Positions 48,801-60,649 of a stretch of 64,000 nucleotides of DNA are shown one piece after another. Source of the DNA: Callorhinchus milii. Taxonomy: Eukaryota. The translations under genes were made by a program, and so were the position numbers. The notes under the pieces were generated by a model. That model saw only the letters and a list, made by a program, of their open reading frames with translations. It made no database searches and was not told where the DNA came from. Location: positions 34,598,001-34,662,000 of the forward strand of contig NW_024704742.1 of the NCBI RefSeq assembly GCF_018977255.1, written 5' to 3'. Numbering within the stretch: the stretch's first letter is position 1; each line of letters opens with the position of its first letter.

Positions 48801-50175
48801 AGAGTTGTCACTGTGTCAAGGGGAAGTTTTGTTTCCCTAGTCAAGTAATTAGACTTACCACTGAGACTTATAAAAGTAAAACATTGATGTCTGGAAGTGC
48901 TGCATACCAGCAGAGCTGTGATTGAATTACACAAACCTTGGTGAACCCCACAAGTTGATGATTCAGGTTATTATTGATGAAAAATGCAACAGTTAATTTG
49001 CAAAATTTCCCACCTGTGGGAAGCTTGACCCAGATGTTGTTTGCATCAAATTGTGGATCCCCCTGGTCAGCCTGAAATATTTCCACTTACAAGGAGTTCC
49101 CATTTGCACAACTCAGATTCCTTATCCAGGAATCCTGTCAAGAAATGCCAACATATTAGTCCCAATTGTTACAAAAAAACAGAATAAAAAAAACTTACAT
49201 TTGTTAACATACTAAACAGTTCATCTTCCTTGCATATGGAGTAGATAATAACAACCACAGAATAATTGGTACATCTTTTTAATCGTTGCAAAAAAAGATA
49301 TATATGACTGGAACAAAGTTACGTTAAATAATTCTTTAATTACAAAGAATCATCACAGTTTCTTGGACTTGGTCCTCTGTTATGGTACATGTATTCTCCT
49401 GATATTGGGGTTTAAAAAGCATCTATTTTTCTCATGGGATTTCTTAATAAGGCATTTGAGTTACAAATGAGGGCTTCTTCCATTTACTATCAATACATAA
49501 AGGGACCTGAGGCACCGTGCTCTGACGTGATTTATTCCAAGCGCAGGGCTCGGGAGTAAAAATCCCAATTAGAAATGAATGCATTTTAAACCCCCATCGT
49601 CAACTGGTTAAAACAATTTATGACATTTCCTAAAATAAAGTCACGTTTTTTCCTCTGTTGATCTATTTTATCACTCAAATACAAATTATTCTTTCAACAC
49701 CAATATGCTCCTGGCATGGCTGAACTTTTCAGTTCTGTGTTTTCTAAATGCTTCTTTTTCCTAATATTTATAATTCTGAATGAGAAACTGTTACAGTTTA
49801 ATACTGAAAATTGTGCAGACAAATGACAGCATGATACACAACTTATATCCTGTAGAACTAGAATGAAAGCATTCAGTTATGGTAATGGCATTATGTTTGG
49901 ATCCCGAATAGCTGTACCGTTATAACTGCTGCAGGCTCCTTCACCCGTAAAATGTAACATTTTGTATACCACCAAACTCCAACATAGACATTTCATCCAA
50001 AGTGGGCTTTTGGTAATCCTTGGAATCCTGTCTTCCAATACTGTGAAGAGCAAGGAAATGGCGACAGTCTGGAATATTTCATCCAGAAGTCTGAGTCATA
50101 AAGAAGTGAGCTTGATGAGACAAATGGTCTTTCTGCACTGTTAAAATGTCTTGTTCCTTTTCCGTATTGCTTAAC

Positions 50176-50323
50176 TCATCTTGTTTTACTCTGGTCTTCG
50201 TGTGGCAGTGAAATGACCTGCTGCTCACTGTTTGCACATGTTTCAGGCACAGTGTTGACACTACTGGTGCTGGTTTCACTCATTTCTTCTGAATACGGCT
50301 TGCTCTGTAAATATTTCTGTTGC
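50176..50323 (-). CDS. EGF: pro-EGF cytoplasmic-tail exon (reads to TGA at 50176-50178 unless spliced earlier)
   Basis: Acceptor ttttcag|G in phase 2. Translates (R)QQKYLQSKPYSEEMSETSTSSVNTVPETCANSEQQVISLPHEDQSKTR*. The start resembles the mammalian RTQKL..PYEE segment. The 3' end is uncertain because of a weak possible donor CAG|gtcatt at 50217. Confidence 0.75.
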
Positions 50324-52385
50324 CTGAAAATCAGAATTTGGGCGATAAAACCCATGTAGCGACACTTGATTAGTGTAGAAGAACAGAACAGTGTTTTTTT
50401 ATACAATGCTAACTGTCCCCATGAAACACATATGATACTGATCCATGTATACCATTATTTAACCCTTAGAGTGCCATAGATCTTATCCACTCATCCGAGC
50501 GGTGCCAGATTTATGCCAAACAGAGGTCAGCCAACTCCCATGGAGAAGGACGGTAAGGGCATCACCTAGAGCTGCCCTTATATTCAATAGATCGGCCTTC
50601 CAGCTCACTCTCTCAATTAGAAATAATCTATTTTCTTTGGTGGCCTACATACGTGTAACTCTCAGTCTGGTTTAGATTCCCTTGAGCGTGGTGATGGGTC
50701 ACTGCTTCTGGCAGTCACCCGGCTGACCAAAACATAACATTTTGAGTGATACTTGCTGCTGGTGCTGGTTTCAGTAAAATAATGAATTATGTGCATCTGA
50801 TATCGCGTCTTGTGATGAGCATCTCAAAATGCTTCACACAAAGCAACTTTCATGCCAGAGGTCTTCTCAAAGCACTTCACAGGATATAGAGCAACGTGGA
50901 GTGGCTGTGTATTTTGTTGGTATGTTTCTTGCGGACGAGAATTTGGGATGAGAGAGGAATGTTGGACCGAGTAGACCCTGGGAGAACAACCCGCTGCCTT
51001 TAAAATAGGGCTGTAGAATTCGTAACATTCAGCTGAACCACAGAACAGACAGGGAGGACCTTAGTTAAAGTCTCCTCTAAAAGGGATGTCTAACAATTGG
51101 CTGCACTGTGGTCGCGGTCAGTCTAGATCATGAGATCAAGTCCTGGTGTGGATTCTGACCACACAACCTTCTGTCCCAGAGGCCAGCAAACTGGTCCAAA
51201 CTCACACAAATGTTACATTTGCTCAACATTCTCGTTCTTGACAAGCATGAAACTGAATTGTAACAGTTTCCCAAACAACACTTCTTTAAGCTTTTAGGAT
51301 TCGTTTTATGTATTTGAAGTTCACTTCAAGCATATTTTGTTTACTAACACCATAAGTGTGACAGAAACTGTTAAAAGAACCAGTCAATTCCTATCAAATA
51401 CAATTTTGTAGTTGTACGTCTGATATACAAATACAATGTGAACAGCCATGTATGTCAAGGTTCATTGAACCCTGTCTCACTAGTAATGTGAGCGTTTCTC
51501 TACATGAACAGTTTATGTCTCTTAATGTGACATGTTGAAGGGGGACTGGGAAATATTTGTAGTTTAGAAATATACTTAAGCTATATATGTATAAAAAAAT
51601 CTTTAAAATGTTTCTAGTTAAAGGGAAAGTGCCTGCTGCACTACAGTAAAACGGCTATTTTAGGGCCATTATGAATGAATTAAAAGCATGTGACAAAACA
51701 ATTTTGAAAATCGCAGCAAACAGGCCACAGTTAACTAAAATTATAGACCAGCAACTTTATCTTTGGAGCTAAACTTAACTCCTTATTTTAGAAATAACTG
51801 TAGGACATGCTCACTCAAGTATCTCTTTGAAAGGAACTAAAGAAGCCTTTTTGATCATATTTCTTTTAAGTGAAAGATCATATCCAAGAAGCGTTTTGGA
51901 AACCAAGAAATAGCCTTGGATAATTCTCTATGCAAAAATGCATTGCCACTTTGTTATTTGGGGGAAAAAAATGACACATATTAGAAGCAAACTCTTAACA
52001 CTTCCCAGGTTTTAGCTTCAGTTGTCCTTGGTATTATCCAGGCTCAGTTAATAGCACTCTTACCTTGAATCATAAGGTTGTTGGATGAAGCCTAAATTCA
52101 GGACTTTGAGCTCATAGTGTAGGCTGACATTCCAACACAGTGCTGGAGGAGCATTGCATTGTTAAAGTTGCCGTCCTTTGGATGAGATGTTAATTTGAGG
52201 TCCTGGTAGTCTATTCAGGTGCATGTTAAAGATCCCATGGCACTATTTGTTTCATAAGAGATTGGATAGTATATTCATAATTTCCATTCTGGTATGAAGC
52301 TCACATTATTTGGCGCAATAAATGGCCAGTAATGATTTTTGTTCTGAATTATATTTCTTGTTTTAGAGGAAATAAACTATATTAC

Positions 52386-52550
52386 CTATAGCAGTATGTA
52401 GCACAGGCTCCCACAGAGACAAGGCAGATGAGAACCATCATGCATGCAGCAATGGCCACATTGCGTTTCTTCTCTTCCTCAACATGGTGTAGCTCCCACC
52501 ACTCCAACTCACTGTACTCACACCGCTCTCCCAGGAAACCTGCCAGACAA
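52386..52550 (-). CDS. EGF: pro-EGF exon: C-terminal part of mature EGF plus transmembrane helix (165 nt)
   Basis: Bounded by ttttgctag|T and TATAG|gtaat. Translates CLAGFLGERCEYSELEWWELHHVEEEKKRNVAIAACMMVLICLVSVGACATYCY(R). Completes the CX7CX5CX10CXCX8C spacing, with GERC and LxWWEL as in EGF. Confidence 0.96.
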
Positions 52551-52689
52551 CTAGCAAAAGGACAGAAATGTTGAAACATATAAACAACTTGTAATAAATA
52601 GCACCCTGTAGGATAACCTCTTGGAGCACTGCACAATAGCCGGTTGGCTGCAGAGCTAGGAGGATGGAGAAGGGGGGCAGGCAAATGGA

Positions 52690-53330
52690 ATTTATCTCAA
52701 GGAGCCTGGAATACAAAAGGGGAAGAATCGATGCTTCCGCTGTATAGAGGATTAGTCAGACCCCATCTGGAGTACTGCGTTCAGCTTTGTGCACCACACC
52801 TCAGGAAATATGTATTGGCCCTGGAGGGAGTGCGACACAAGTTCACCAGAATGTTACCAGGCCTAAAAGGGTTAAGTTACGAGGAAAGGCTGCATAAACT
52901 TGGACAGTATTCCCTTGAGTTTAGAAGGTTGAGGAGTGATTTGATTGAGGTATTTAAGATGATGAAGGGATTTGATAGGGTAGATACAGAGAAGCTATTT
53001 CCTCTGGTGGGGGAATCTGAAACAAGGGGGCATAGTCTTAAAATTAGAACCAAACCATTAAAGAGTGAAATCAGGAAAACAAAATTCACTCAAAGGTTGG
53101 AAAAAATCTGGAATTCTTTCCCCGAAAAGGCCGTGGATGTTGGATCCATCCACACCTTCAAGAGAGAGGTTGATCAATTTTTGGTAGGTCAGGGTATTAC
53201 AGGATATGGGGAGAAAGCAGAAAATTAGAATTGAAAGGATTAGTTGAGGTACAGATCAGCCATGATCTAATTAAATGACAGAACAGGCTCGAAGGGCTGA
53301 TCGGACTCTGTTTCTATGCTCCTATGACCA
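52690..53330 (+). mobile_element. CR1 LINE 3' fragment in an EGF intron, antisense to EGF
   Basis: Unbroken frame [23 protein letters not shown]...DLIEVFKMMKG...TRGHSLKI...IWNSFPEKAV, followed by the CR1 3' UTR. Confidence 0.94.
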
Positions 53331-54467
53331 GAAGCACATTCAAGCAAGTAGATTTTAATGTGGCATTTGAAGATAGGAGGCGAGACAGAGGGATAGAGGC
53401 AGAAAATTCCAGAGGTTGGAAGCATAGTAACTGAAGGCTCGACCACCTTCATGATGCCTGTCTTAGTTGATCTTAGGGATAGGCAGAAGAGTGGGTTCAT
53501 CGGAGAAAACGCTGTTGAAATAATACTGCCTCCAACTTATATTATCCCACTTCACTTCTTAAGACTGAGACCTTGGTGGTCAGCATAGGTTTCCGCAGTG
53601 AGAATGGATTGCTTCAGTGTAATGTAATGCTCATGACTTCAAAGATCCTCTGTGAAGCTGCACCTGTTCGATCATATACTATTGATGGATGTTCGTCACA
53701 CATGGCCATCAATTATTTGGCAGATCAAATATCCAGGTTGCTGCAGTTTACTGTATTTAAACATTATGATATGTGCATTAGTCCTTCAAAAAGTGATTTA
53801 TTAATCTTATATTTATTTCACTACCACATCATATGTTGTGATTCTGCACTCTAATATGATGAATAAATTATATTGTCTCTACAAAAACAACACCCCAGAA
53901 TGTTTACCTATTCCCAAATCTCCATTATTTAGCTTTATCTGTCTTCTTTCCATTGATAACAACCACTAAAGGAGTACATATATCATTGTGCCCAAACAAT
54001 ATTTGTTCTTAAGGCTTCAATTATTCCTTAAATCCTCAATACTGTTTCACAAACTCTTTAGAAATGTCAGCTTCAAACCTGAGTCGAATCACTCCAATCA
54101 TGCTATTTTTATAATGTACCCAGCAGTTACAGAAAGACATTTAATGAGGCAACACTGTCCTCTAGTGGATTTTTTTAAAAAAAACATCTATGTGACTGTC
54201 CATTTGGTGATAAAATGCATTATATGTAAGCTGAGTTTATTGAATTTATTGTGTTAATTGCAACTTCATTTTTTTGACACAAGAGAACAAATAACTATCA
54301 AGACTCTAAAGTTGGCAAAGAAGGAAAAAAAGGCTCTGCTCACCAGTTTTTTGTTAGACTTCTCTAGTCTTTTTCATAGACAAATCTGAACATATTTAAT
54401 GAGGAACATTATGGTACACTGTATTTTCCTCTCCTGCATTTAATATCTAAATATGATTTCCACTTAC

Positions 54468-54660
54468 TTGCATGCAAGGGCTCTTATTTCAGGTACATGG
54501 AAGCAAACACCGCCGTTCAGACAAAAGTCCTGGTGTGAAGATGGACAGTCCACTATTTGATCATTGGACCCATCAGTGCTGGCTTCAAATGTGGTGCTTG
54601 TGATACTTGTCCCCATCAAACCATTGGGTGCAGAGGTAGGAGAGGTGGAGACGGTCACAC
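54468..54660 (-). CDS. EGF: pro-EGF exon: S/T-rich stalk plus N-terminal part of the mature EGF module
   Basis: Bounded by aatttag|GT and TGCAA|gtaagt. Translates (G)VTVSTSPTSAPNGLMGTSITSTTFEASTDGSNDQIVDCPSSHQDFCLNGGVCFHVPEIRALAC(N). The phase-2 intron between Cys4 and Cys5 is typical of ErbB ligands. An alternative in-frame acceptor would start the exon at 54717. Confidence 0.92.
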
Positions 54661-54857
54661 CTAAATTAGTTATAAGCATTTTGAGCTTCATGCAGTCTAG
54701 TATTGAGCTACGTATTACTGACAGACATACAAGACACAACTTTAGCTTTGGATTTTATGCTACAGGATTTTAAGGGACTGACAAAATCCATTTGTATCAA
54801 TAATCTTACCTTCTGTTCATTCTTTTTAAGAATTTAAATCTGACATGCCTGTTATAA

Positions 54858-55298
54858 TACTAATACTTGCATTTGATATAGCACCTTATCATGTTATTGA
54901 GATGTCTCAAAGCGCTTCACGGCGTATACAGTAAAGAGATTTTGACTGTCTATTTTGTGAGCAAAATGTGGTAGCCAGTTGCACACAACAATATCCCATA
55001 AACAACCATGGAGTCAGTGACCAATTACATTTGGAGGATTGTTGGCCAGGACACCGGGAGAAATTCCCTTCTATTGTCAAATAGTGCCATAGGATATTTA
55101 ATGTCCACCTGAAAAGGCAGATGGGACCTCAGTTTAACATCTCATCCGAAGAACTGCAACTCCAACAATGCAACACGAACCCCAGCACTGCATTCGAATG
55201 TCAGCTTAGACTATGTGATTCTGAGTCCCGATATGAGGCTTGAATCCACAACATTTTGACTCAGAGGCGAGAATGCAACCACTGCATCAGACTGGCTC
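54858..55298 (-). mobile_element. Old Deu/SacSINE-like SINE, near full length
   Basis: On the minus strand: tRNA-like head, central domain ttcggatgagatgttaaactgaggtcccatctgcc...tcctatggcactatt, and tail. Confidence 0.8.
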
Positions 55299-55729
55299 AC
55301 GATGTACTGTAATATCCCTTCCATTGCAGCGCAGCAATTCGGAGTGAGGCACTAGATTTTATTTTCCATCTAGAATTGTTCTCACTAAGCACTGAGGAGA
55401 GCACTTTACACGCACAAAAGTGTATCAATAACCATTTTTTCTGCCATCAAAATCCTCTTACAAATATATCTCTTTGAGTATACCTTTGATCAATATCCTC
55501 AAACTCCTAAACGTTCCTCCCTCCATGGTAATTCACATCATCGGTGTGAAGCACTTCAAAACATTCAATTTATATGAAAAGCATAATATAAATGCAAGTT
55601 GTCATTAATGTTATTAAATTGAGAGTTGAGAGTACAAATTGCTGGGCAGTAATGAGATTGAAGCATGTGCTGTCCAAGAGCAGTATAACTCCTCAACCTC
55701 CCTGGGCTCTACCTCAGACTCACTGAAGT

Positions 55730-56430
55730 AATGCACAACTAAGGCGTCTGGTTCAACCCCCAGCTGTCCTTCCTCCACCACATCGGGTCCCTGACCAGGA
55801 CCGCCTTGCTCCACCACATTGCCCGCCTCTGACTGTACCTTACCCCAAATGCAGCTGAAATCCTCGTGTATGCGTTTGTCATCTTCTGCTTGGATTACTC
55901 CAACGCACTCCTCGCCGGTCTCCCCAGCTCCACCATTCACAAGAATCAGCTCATTCAGAACTCTGCTGCACGCATACTGACCCGGACCAAACTCCGTACC
56001 CACATCTCACCATTTCTGGCCAGGCTCCACTGGCTCCCCATCACCAAATGGTTCAAGATCCTCACACTCATGTTCAAATCCACTCACTCCCTGGCACCTC
56101 TCTACCTCTCTGACCTCCTCACTCTCCAATCCACCACCCGGTGCCTCCGCTCAACTGCACCGGCTTCCTGCTCGTCCCTCACACCCTCTGCCCCACCATC
56201 GGAGGTCGTGCTTTCAGCCACTACGCTCCAAAACTCTGGAACACTCTCCCTCAATCCCTCCGCCTTGCCCTCTCTCCCCTCTTTCAAATCACACCTGAAA
56301 ACTTTCCTCTTCAACTGTGTTTACTGCCACCTCCCTCCTCCCCCCAGCTTAGAGTCAGGCTCCACCACTCTTAAGTGCTCTGAGACTCTAGCCTGCATGG
56401 AGGGTGCTATATAAGTGAAAGTTGTTCTTG
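55730..56430 (+). mobile_element. L2 LINE 3' fragment
   Basis: AFVIFCLDYSNALLAGLP...IQNSAARILTRTK...LARLHWLPI. Confidence 0.92.
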
Positions 56431-56539
56431 TATTTTAATGGTAATTAGTTGGATTCTGAAACTATTTCAGTGGAGGAGAATTCCATTCTTAAAATACACT
56501 ATGACATATATGGCAGATTCATGAAACATTTGGACTTAC

Positions 56540-56662
56540 CAACACAATTGGAACCCATCCTAGAAAATCCTTTCTTGCATTTGCAGGTGTAGTTACCGTC
56601 TGTATTTTCGCACATAACATCTTCATCACAATGGTGTAACTGAGCTTTGCATTCATCGATAT
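56540..56662 (-). CDS. EGF: pro-EGF exon, calcium-binding EGF repeat (123 nt)
   Basis: Bounded by ccttgcag|AT and GTTG|gtaagt. Translates (D)IDECKAQLHHCDEDVMCENTDGNYTCKCKKGFSRMGSNCV. Confidence 0.96.
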
Positions 56663-56744
56663 CTGCAAGGCCAACAACAGATATCAAGTTCTGAAATGTA
56701 TGTCAGTCTCTGCAAGTCTTCAAAGGTCTTGTTCCCCCCTATCA

Positions 56745-57100
56745 CTCAGATCTCCTAACCCCCTACCACCCTTTTCGCTCCCTCCACTCAGCGGGCTCTG
56801 GCCTGCTTCACGTCCCCCACCTTGCTCGCCACACAATCGGTGGGCAGGCCTTCCGCCACTCTGCATTCAGCGTCTGGAATTCCATCACACTCCGTCTCGC
56901 CCCCTCCCTCGCCACCTTCAAGACCCACCTTAAGACCCTCCTCTTCAACCGTGCTTTCGATCTCTCTGCTTCCCTCCCTGCCCTTCCCCCGTCTATACCC
57001 TGACCCTCAGCTCGGGTCCGTGACTCTGTCGGTCCATTAACGCCTTGGGACGTCCTCCCGACGTGAAAGGTGCTATACAAATGTAATTTTGTTGTTGTTT
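56745..57100 (+). mobile_element. L2 LINE 3' end
   Basis: Ends ttgggacgtcctcccgacgtgaaaggtgctatacaaatgtaattttgttgttgtt. Confidence 0.88.
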
Positions 57101-57882
57101 TATGTTTTATTTAGATGGATTTTGGAAAAAAATACATGTCATATTGACGGATACATGGGTACTATTCAAGGATATCAGATCTGTGTGTTTGAGTGTTGAA
57201 AATACTGTCAGGGAAAGTTATATCAAATAAAAGTGCTAAATACAGTCAATTATCTTTATTGTTAAATGATTCATAAGAGCTTTTTCAACAGATCAACGAT
57301 TTTATTTAGCGAGCCTCTCAGGCACATAGACTGGGACAGTCCTGGGTTCATTTGCTGTGCTACATTAACTAACTTAGCCAGCGTGACAGTTGTCAGGCTA
57401 CAATTGATCTTATTTTAGATAACGGAAGTAAATCAGCCAGAGTTTCTGCTGCTAATCACCATCTAGCAAACCCTGTTGGATGTTCACAGGAGTGCACATT
57501 GGTTGGGAACAAGTTTTGGGGTTGGCACAGTTACAGCCTATGGGTCAAAGCCACTGACTACGTTGCTCCAGCTTTTGTCTTATGTATTATTGCATCTCCT
57601 AAAGTTTGACCATGTTATGCTAGTGGCACACCCCGGACATCATGTGTAGTTTCTTTTGCAATGTGCACTTTCAGCATTATAGGCTACATGATAAGAATGG
57701 ATGTTCAACAGCTGAATGATCCAAATTAGCCTAATAAGAGAACATATATTTAAACACATATAAAAGATACTTTATGTTATTTTATTTCATATTTAAAATA
57801 ACATGTTACATTAATATAGTCAGGTGAAATTTAGATGTCTATTAATAAATTAAGAAAATATTAGATATTATTAATAATATTC

Positions 57883-58096
57883 GGTAGAAATTCCACGTGG
57901 GTTTAGATTTACTCAATTAATGTAACATTTCAGAGCATCCAGAACATGTCAAATTCTTAGATTTGAAGCCAGTTTTCTGCAAGTCCTTTAAAGAACAGCA
58001 GGACATGGTTCAGAGTTAAAACCAAATTCATCATTTTGCCATATTCTGTACTCTCTGTTAATTAAGTTAATATAGACCCAGGTGGAATTTTACTCC
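57883..58096. mobile_element. MITE-like element with terminal inverted repeats
   Basis: TIRs ggtagaaattccacgtgggtttag and tagacccaggtggaattttactcc, with AT/TA flanks. One arm recurs at 40325-40378 and 62850-62914. Confidence 0.65.
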
Positions 58097-58262
58097 ATAT
58101 CGCTGTAATATTTATCTTACAAATTTTTTGTTGAAAATGCTGTGCATTTTGAGTCAAATAAATGTTCATAAAGCTTCTTAGTGATGTAAATGTTCTGATA
58201 ACCACTATTTTTTTCATAGGAAGGGCTTCTATAAAGGAAAATGAATTTCAAATATCCACTGT

Positions 58263-58830
58263 GCAACAACAACAACAACAAGATTCCATTTATAAAGCGC
58301 CTTTCACGTCAGGAGGACGTCCCAAGGCGCTGCACAGTTGGGTCATGACCCGAGCAGGGGGGAAATGGTCAGGGTGAGGGGAGGGAGGGAGGAAGCGAGG
58401 AGGGGGAGAGAGTCGAGAGGGGAGCTGAAGGCTCGGTCAAAGAGAAAGGTCTTGAGACCGGCCTTGGAGGAGGAAAGGGGGGAGGCGGCGAAGGCACTGG
58501 GGGATGGAGTTCCAGAGCCTGGGGCTGAGAGGCTGAAGGCCCGACCACCGATGGTAGGGCGGTTGGGCGGGGACGTGGAGCAGACCGGAGCCAGAGGAAC
58601 GGAGGTACGGGCAGGTAGGTAGGGGGATAGTAGGTCGGAGAGGTAGGAGGGAGCAAGGCCGTGAATGGCCTTGTAGGTGAGGATGAGGATCTTGAAATCA
58701 ATCCTCTGGGGGATGGGGAGCCAGTGGAGGCGAGCGAGGGTGGGAGTGATGTGGTCCCGAAGCCTGGTGCGGGACAGTACACGAGCTGCAGAGTTCTGAA
58801 TGACACATGAGCTGCAGAGTTCTGAATGAC
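58263..58830 (-). mobile_element. L2 LINE 3' fragment, 40 bp into the EGF intron and sense to EGF
   Basis: IQNSAARVLSRTRLRDHITPTLARLHWLPIPQRIDFKILILTYKAIHGLAPSYLSDLL, with a (GTT)n tail at 58265-58281. Confidence 0.94.
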
Positions 58831-58867
58831 AAAAGTAACAAAAGTAACCACAAATAGTATTCCATAC

Positions 58868-58993
58868 CATAACAGACAATCCCATCCCCGCTATAGCCAG
58901 GATAGCATTTGCAAACGTAGCTGCCCTCTGTGTTGATGCAGTCAGCCAGATGTTCACTGCAAAGAGCAAAGCTTAGGACACATTCATTCACAT
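58868..58993 (-). CDS. EGF: pro-EGF exon, calcium-binding EGF repeat (126 nt)
   Basis: Bounded by ttttcacag|AT and TATG|gtatgg. Translates (D)VNECVLSFALCSEHLADCINTEGSYVCKCYPGYSGDGIVCY. Confidence 0.96.
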
Positions 58994-59594
58994 CTGTGAA
59001 AAAAAATGTCACAGTCAGTCAGCTTCGAGAAGTTTTCCTCATAAATCTTACTTCAATAATCTTTGTTCAATGTGCAAAATCGGAGTGTTTAGAACTAATG
59101 AACAACAGGCATGAATTGTTTAATTACATCTTAATTTTAGCAGCTGAAGGATACAGTTTAGGCTGTATTAAGACTGGTTTGTTGCTTAGAATTCCAATGG
59201 AGACTAACCAGACGTGAAAAATCAATTGCAGTCCTGATACCTCCTTCAAACCCAAGGCAAGAGGATATGAGAAAGTAGAACGAAAAAATATTTTACAAAT
59301 AACTAGAAAAACAAATCGACAGTAAAGGATAAGAAGTGAAGAACATTGGAGAGGAATAATGGTTTTGGTGCATTAGGAGACATAAGTTACAAATGCGAAA
59401 GTAAGAGACAGAAAAGAAGTGTTCTCTCCCATGAATGTACCCAGTGAATCCAATGGATTAAATGGATCAAAAGTTAATACTGTATGTTGTTCTCTTTATA
59501 CCTACAAAATAAACTAGTATTTAGGCACATTCTATGTACCTTATCAGAAATTAAACAGAGTAAATTTAAAGGCACTGAAAATTAAATCAATCAC

Positions 59595-59711
59595 CATCGC
59601 AAACTTTGCCATCTCCAGTAAATCCCACCAGACATTGGCATGTAGCAGTTCCTTCGGATGTGATGCATTGAGCGTTGACATCACATTCAAGTGCTCCGCA
59701 GTCATCTTGAT
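59595..59711 (-). CDS. EGF: pro-EGF exon, EGF-like repeat (117 nt)
   Basis: Bounded by ttttctag|AT and GATG|gtgatt. Translates (D)QDDCGALECDVNAQCITSEGTATCQCLVGFTGDGKVCD. Absent from the ORF track. Confidence 0.95.
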
Positions 59712-60119
59712 CTAGAAAAATCAATAGAGTACAATCAAAATTCTGAATATAGGATTTTTTTAAAACAGAAACTCACAATTTTCTCTGATGGACAAATCCA
59801 ACATCAGCTGGATTGCTCCACAATTAACAAGTACAAAAAACAACTTGTATGTATCGCCTGCTCTTCATGTAGGATAACGTCCTGGAGCAATTCACAATGA
59901 TGGTGTCCGGTGGTTAATGGGGAGAGGACGGGGTATGGGACAGGTGACCATTGCCTTGTCCATAGAGGTAGGTTTTTAGGTGGGAATTAAAGATAGATGG
60001 AGAGGGAATGAGATGGAGGAATAAGGAGGTTAGTGGTGTAGGAACCGATACATGAGGAGCAGCATAAATTCAAGCACAAGTGATTGCTTTCCTATTAGTT
60101 TATCAGTATAAGCAGTTAC

Positions 60120-60649
<530 letters not shown>

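Noticed and set aside
52644..53228. 194-aa ORF antisense to EGF
   Set aside because: It is the CR1 ORF2 C-terminus from a 5'-truncated copy, with no RT core or promoter. It only indicates a relatively young insertion.
58343..58969. 208-aa ORF appearing to fuse an EGF exon with L2 ORF2
   Set aside because: Its first part is out of frame with the EGF exon, so no EGF-L2 fusion protein is encoded.
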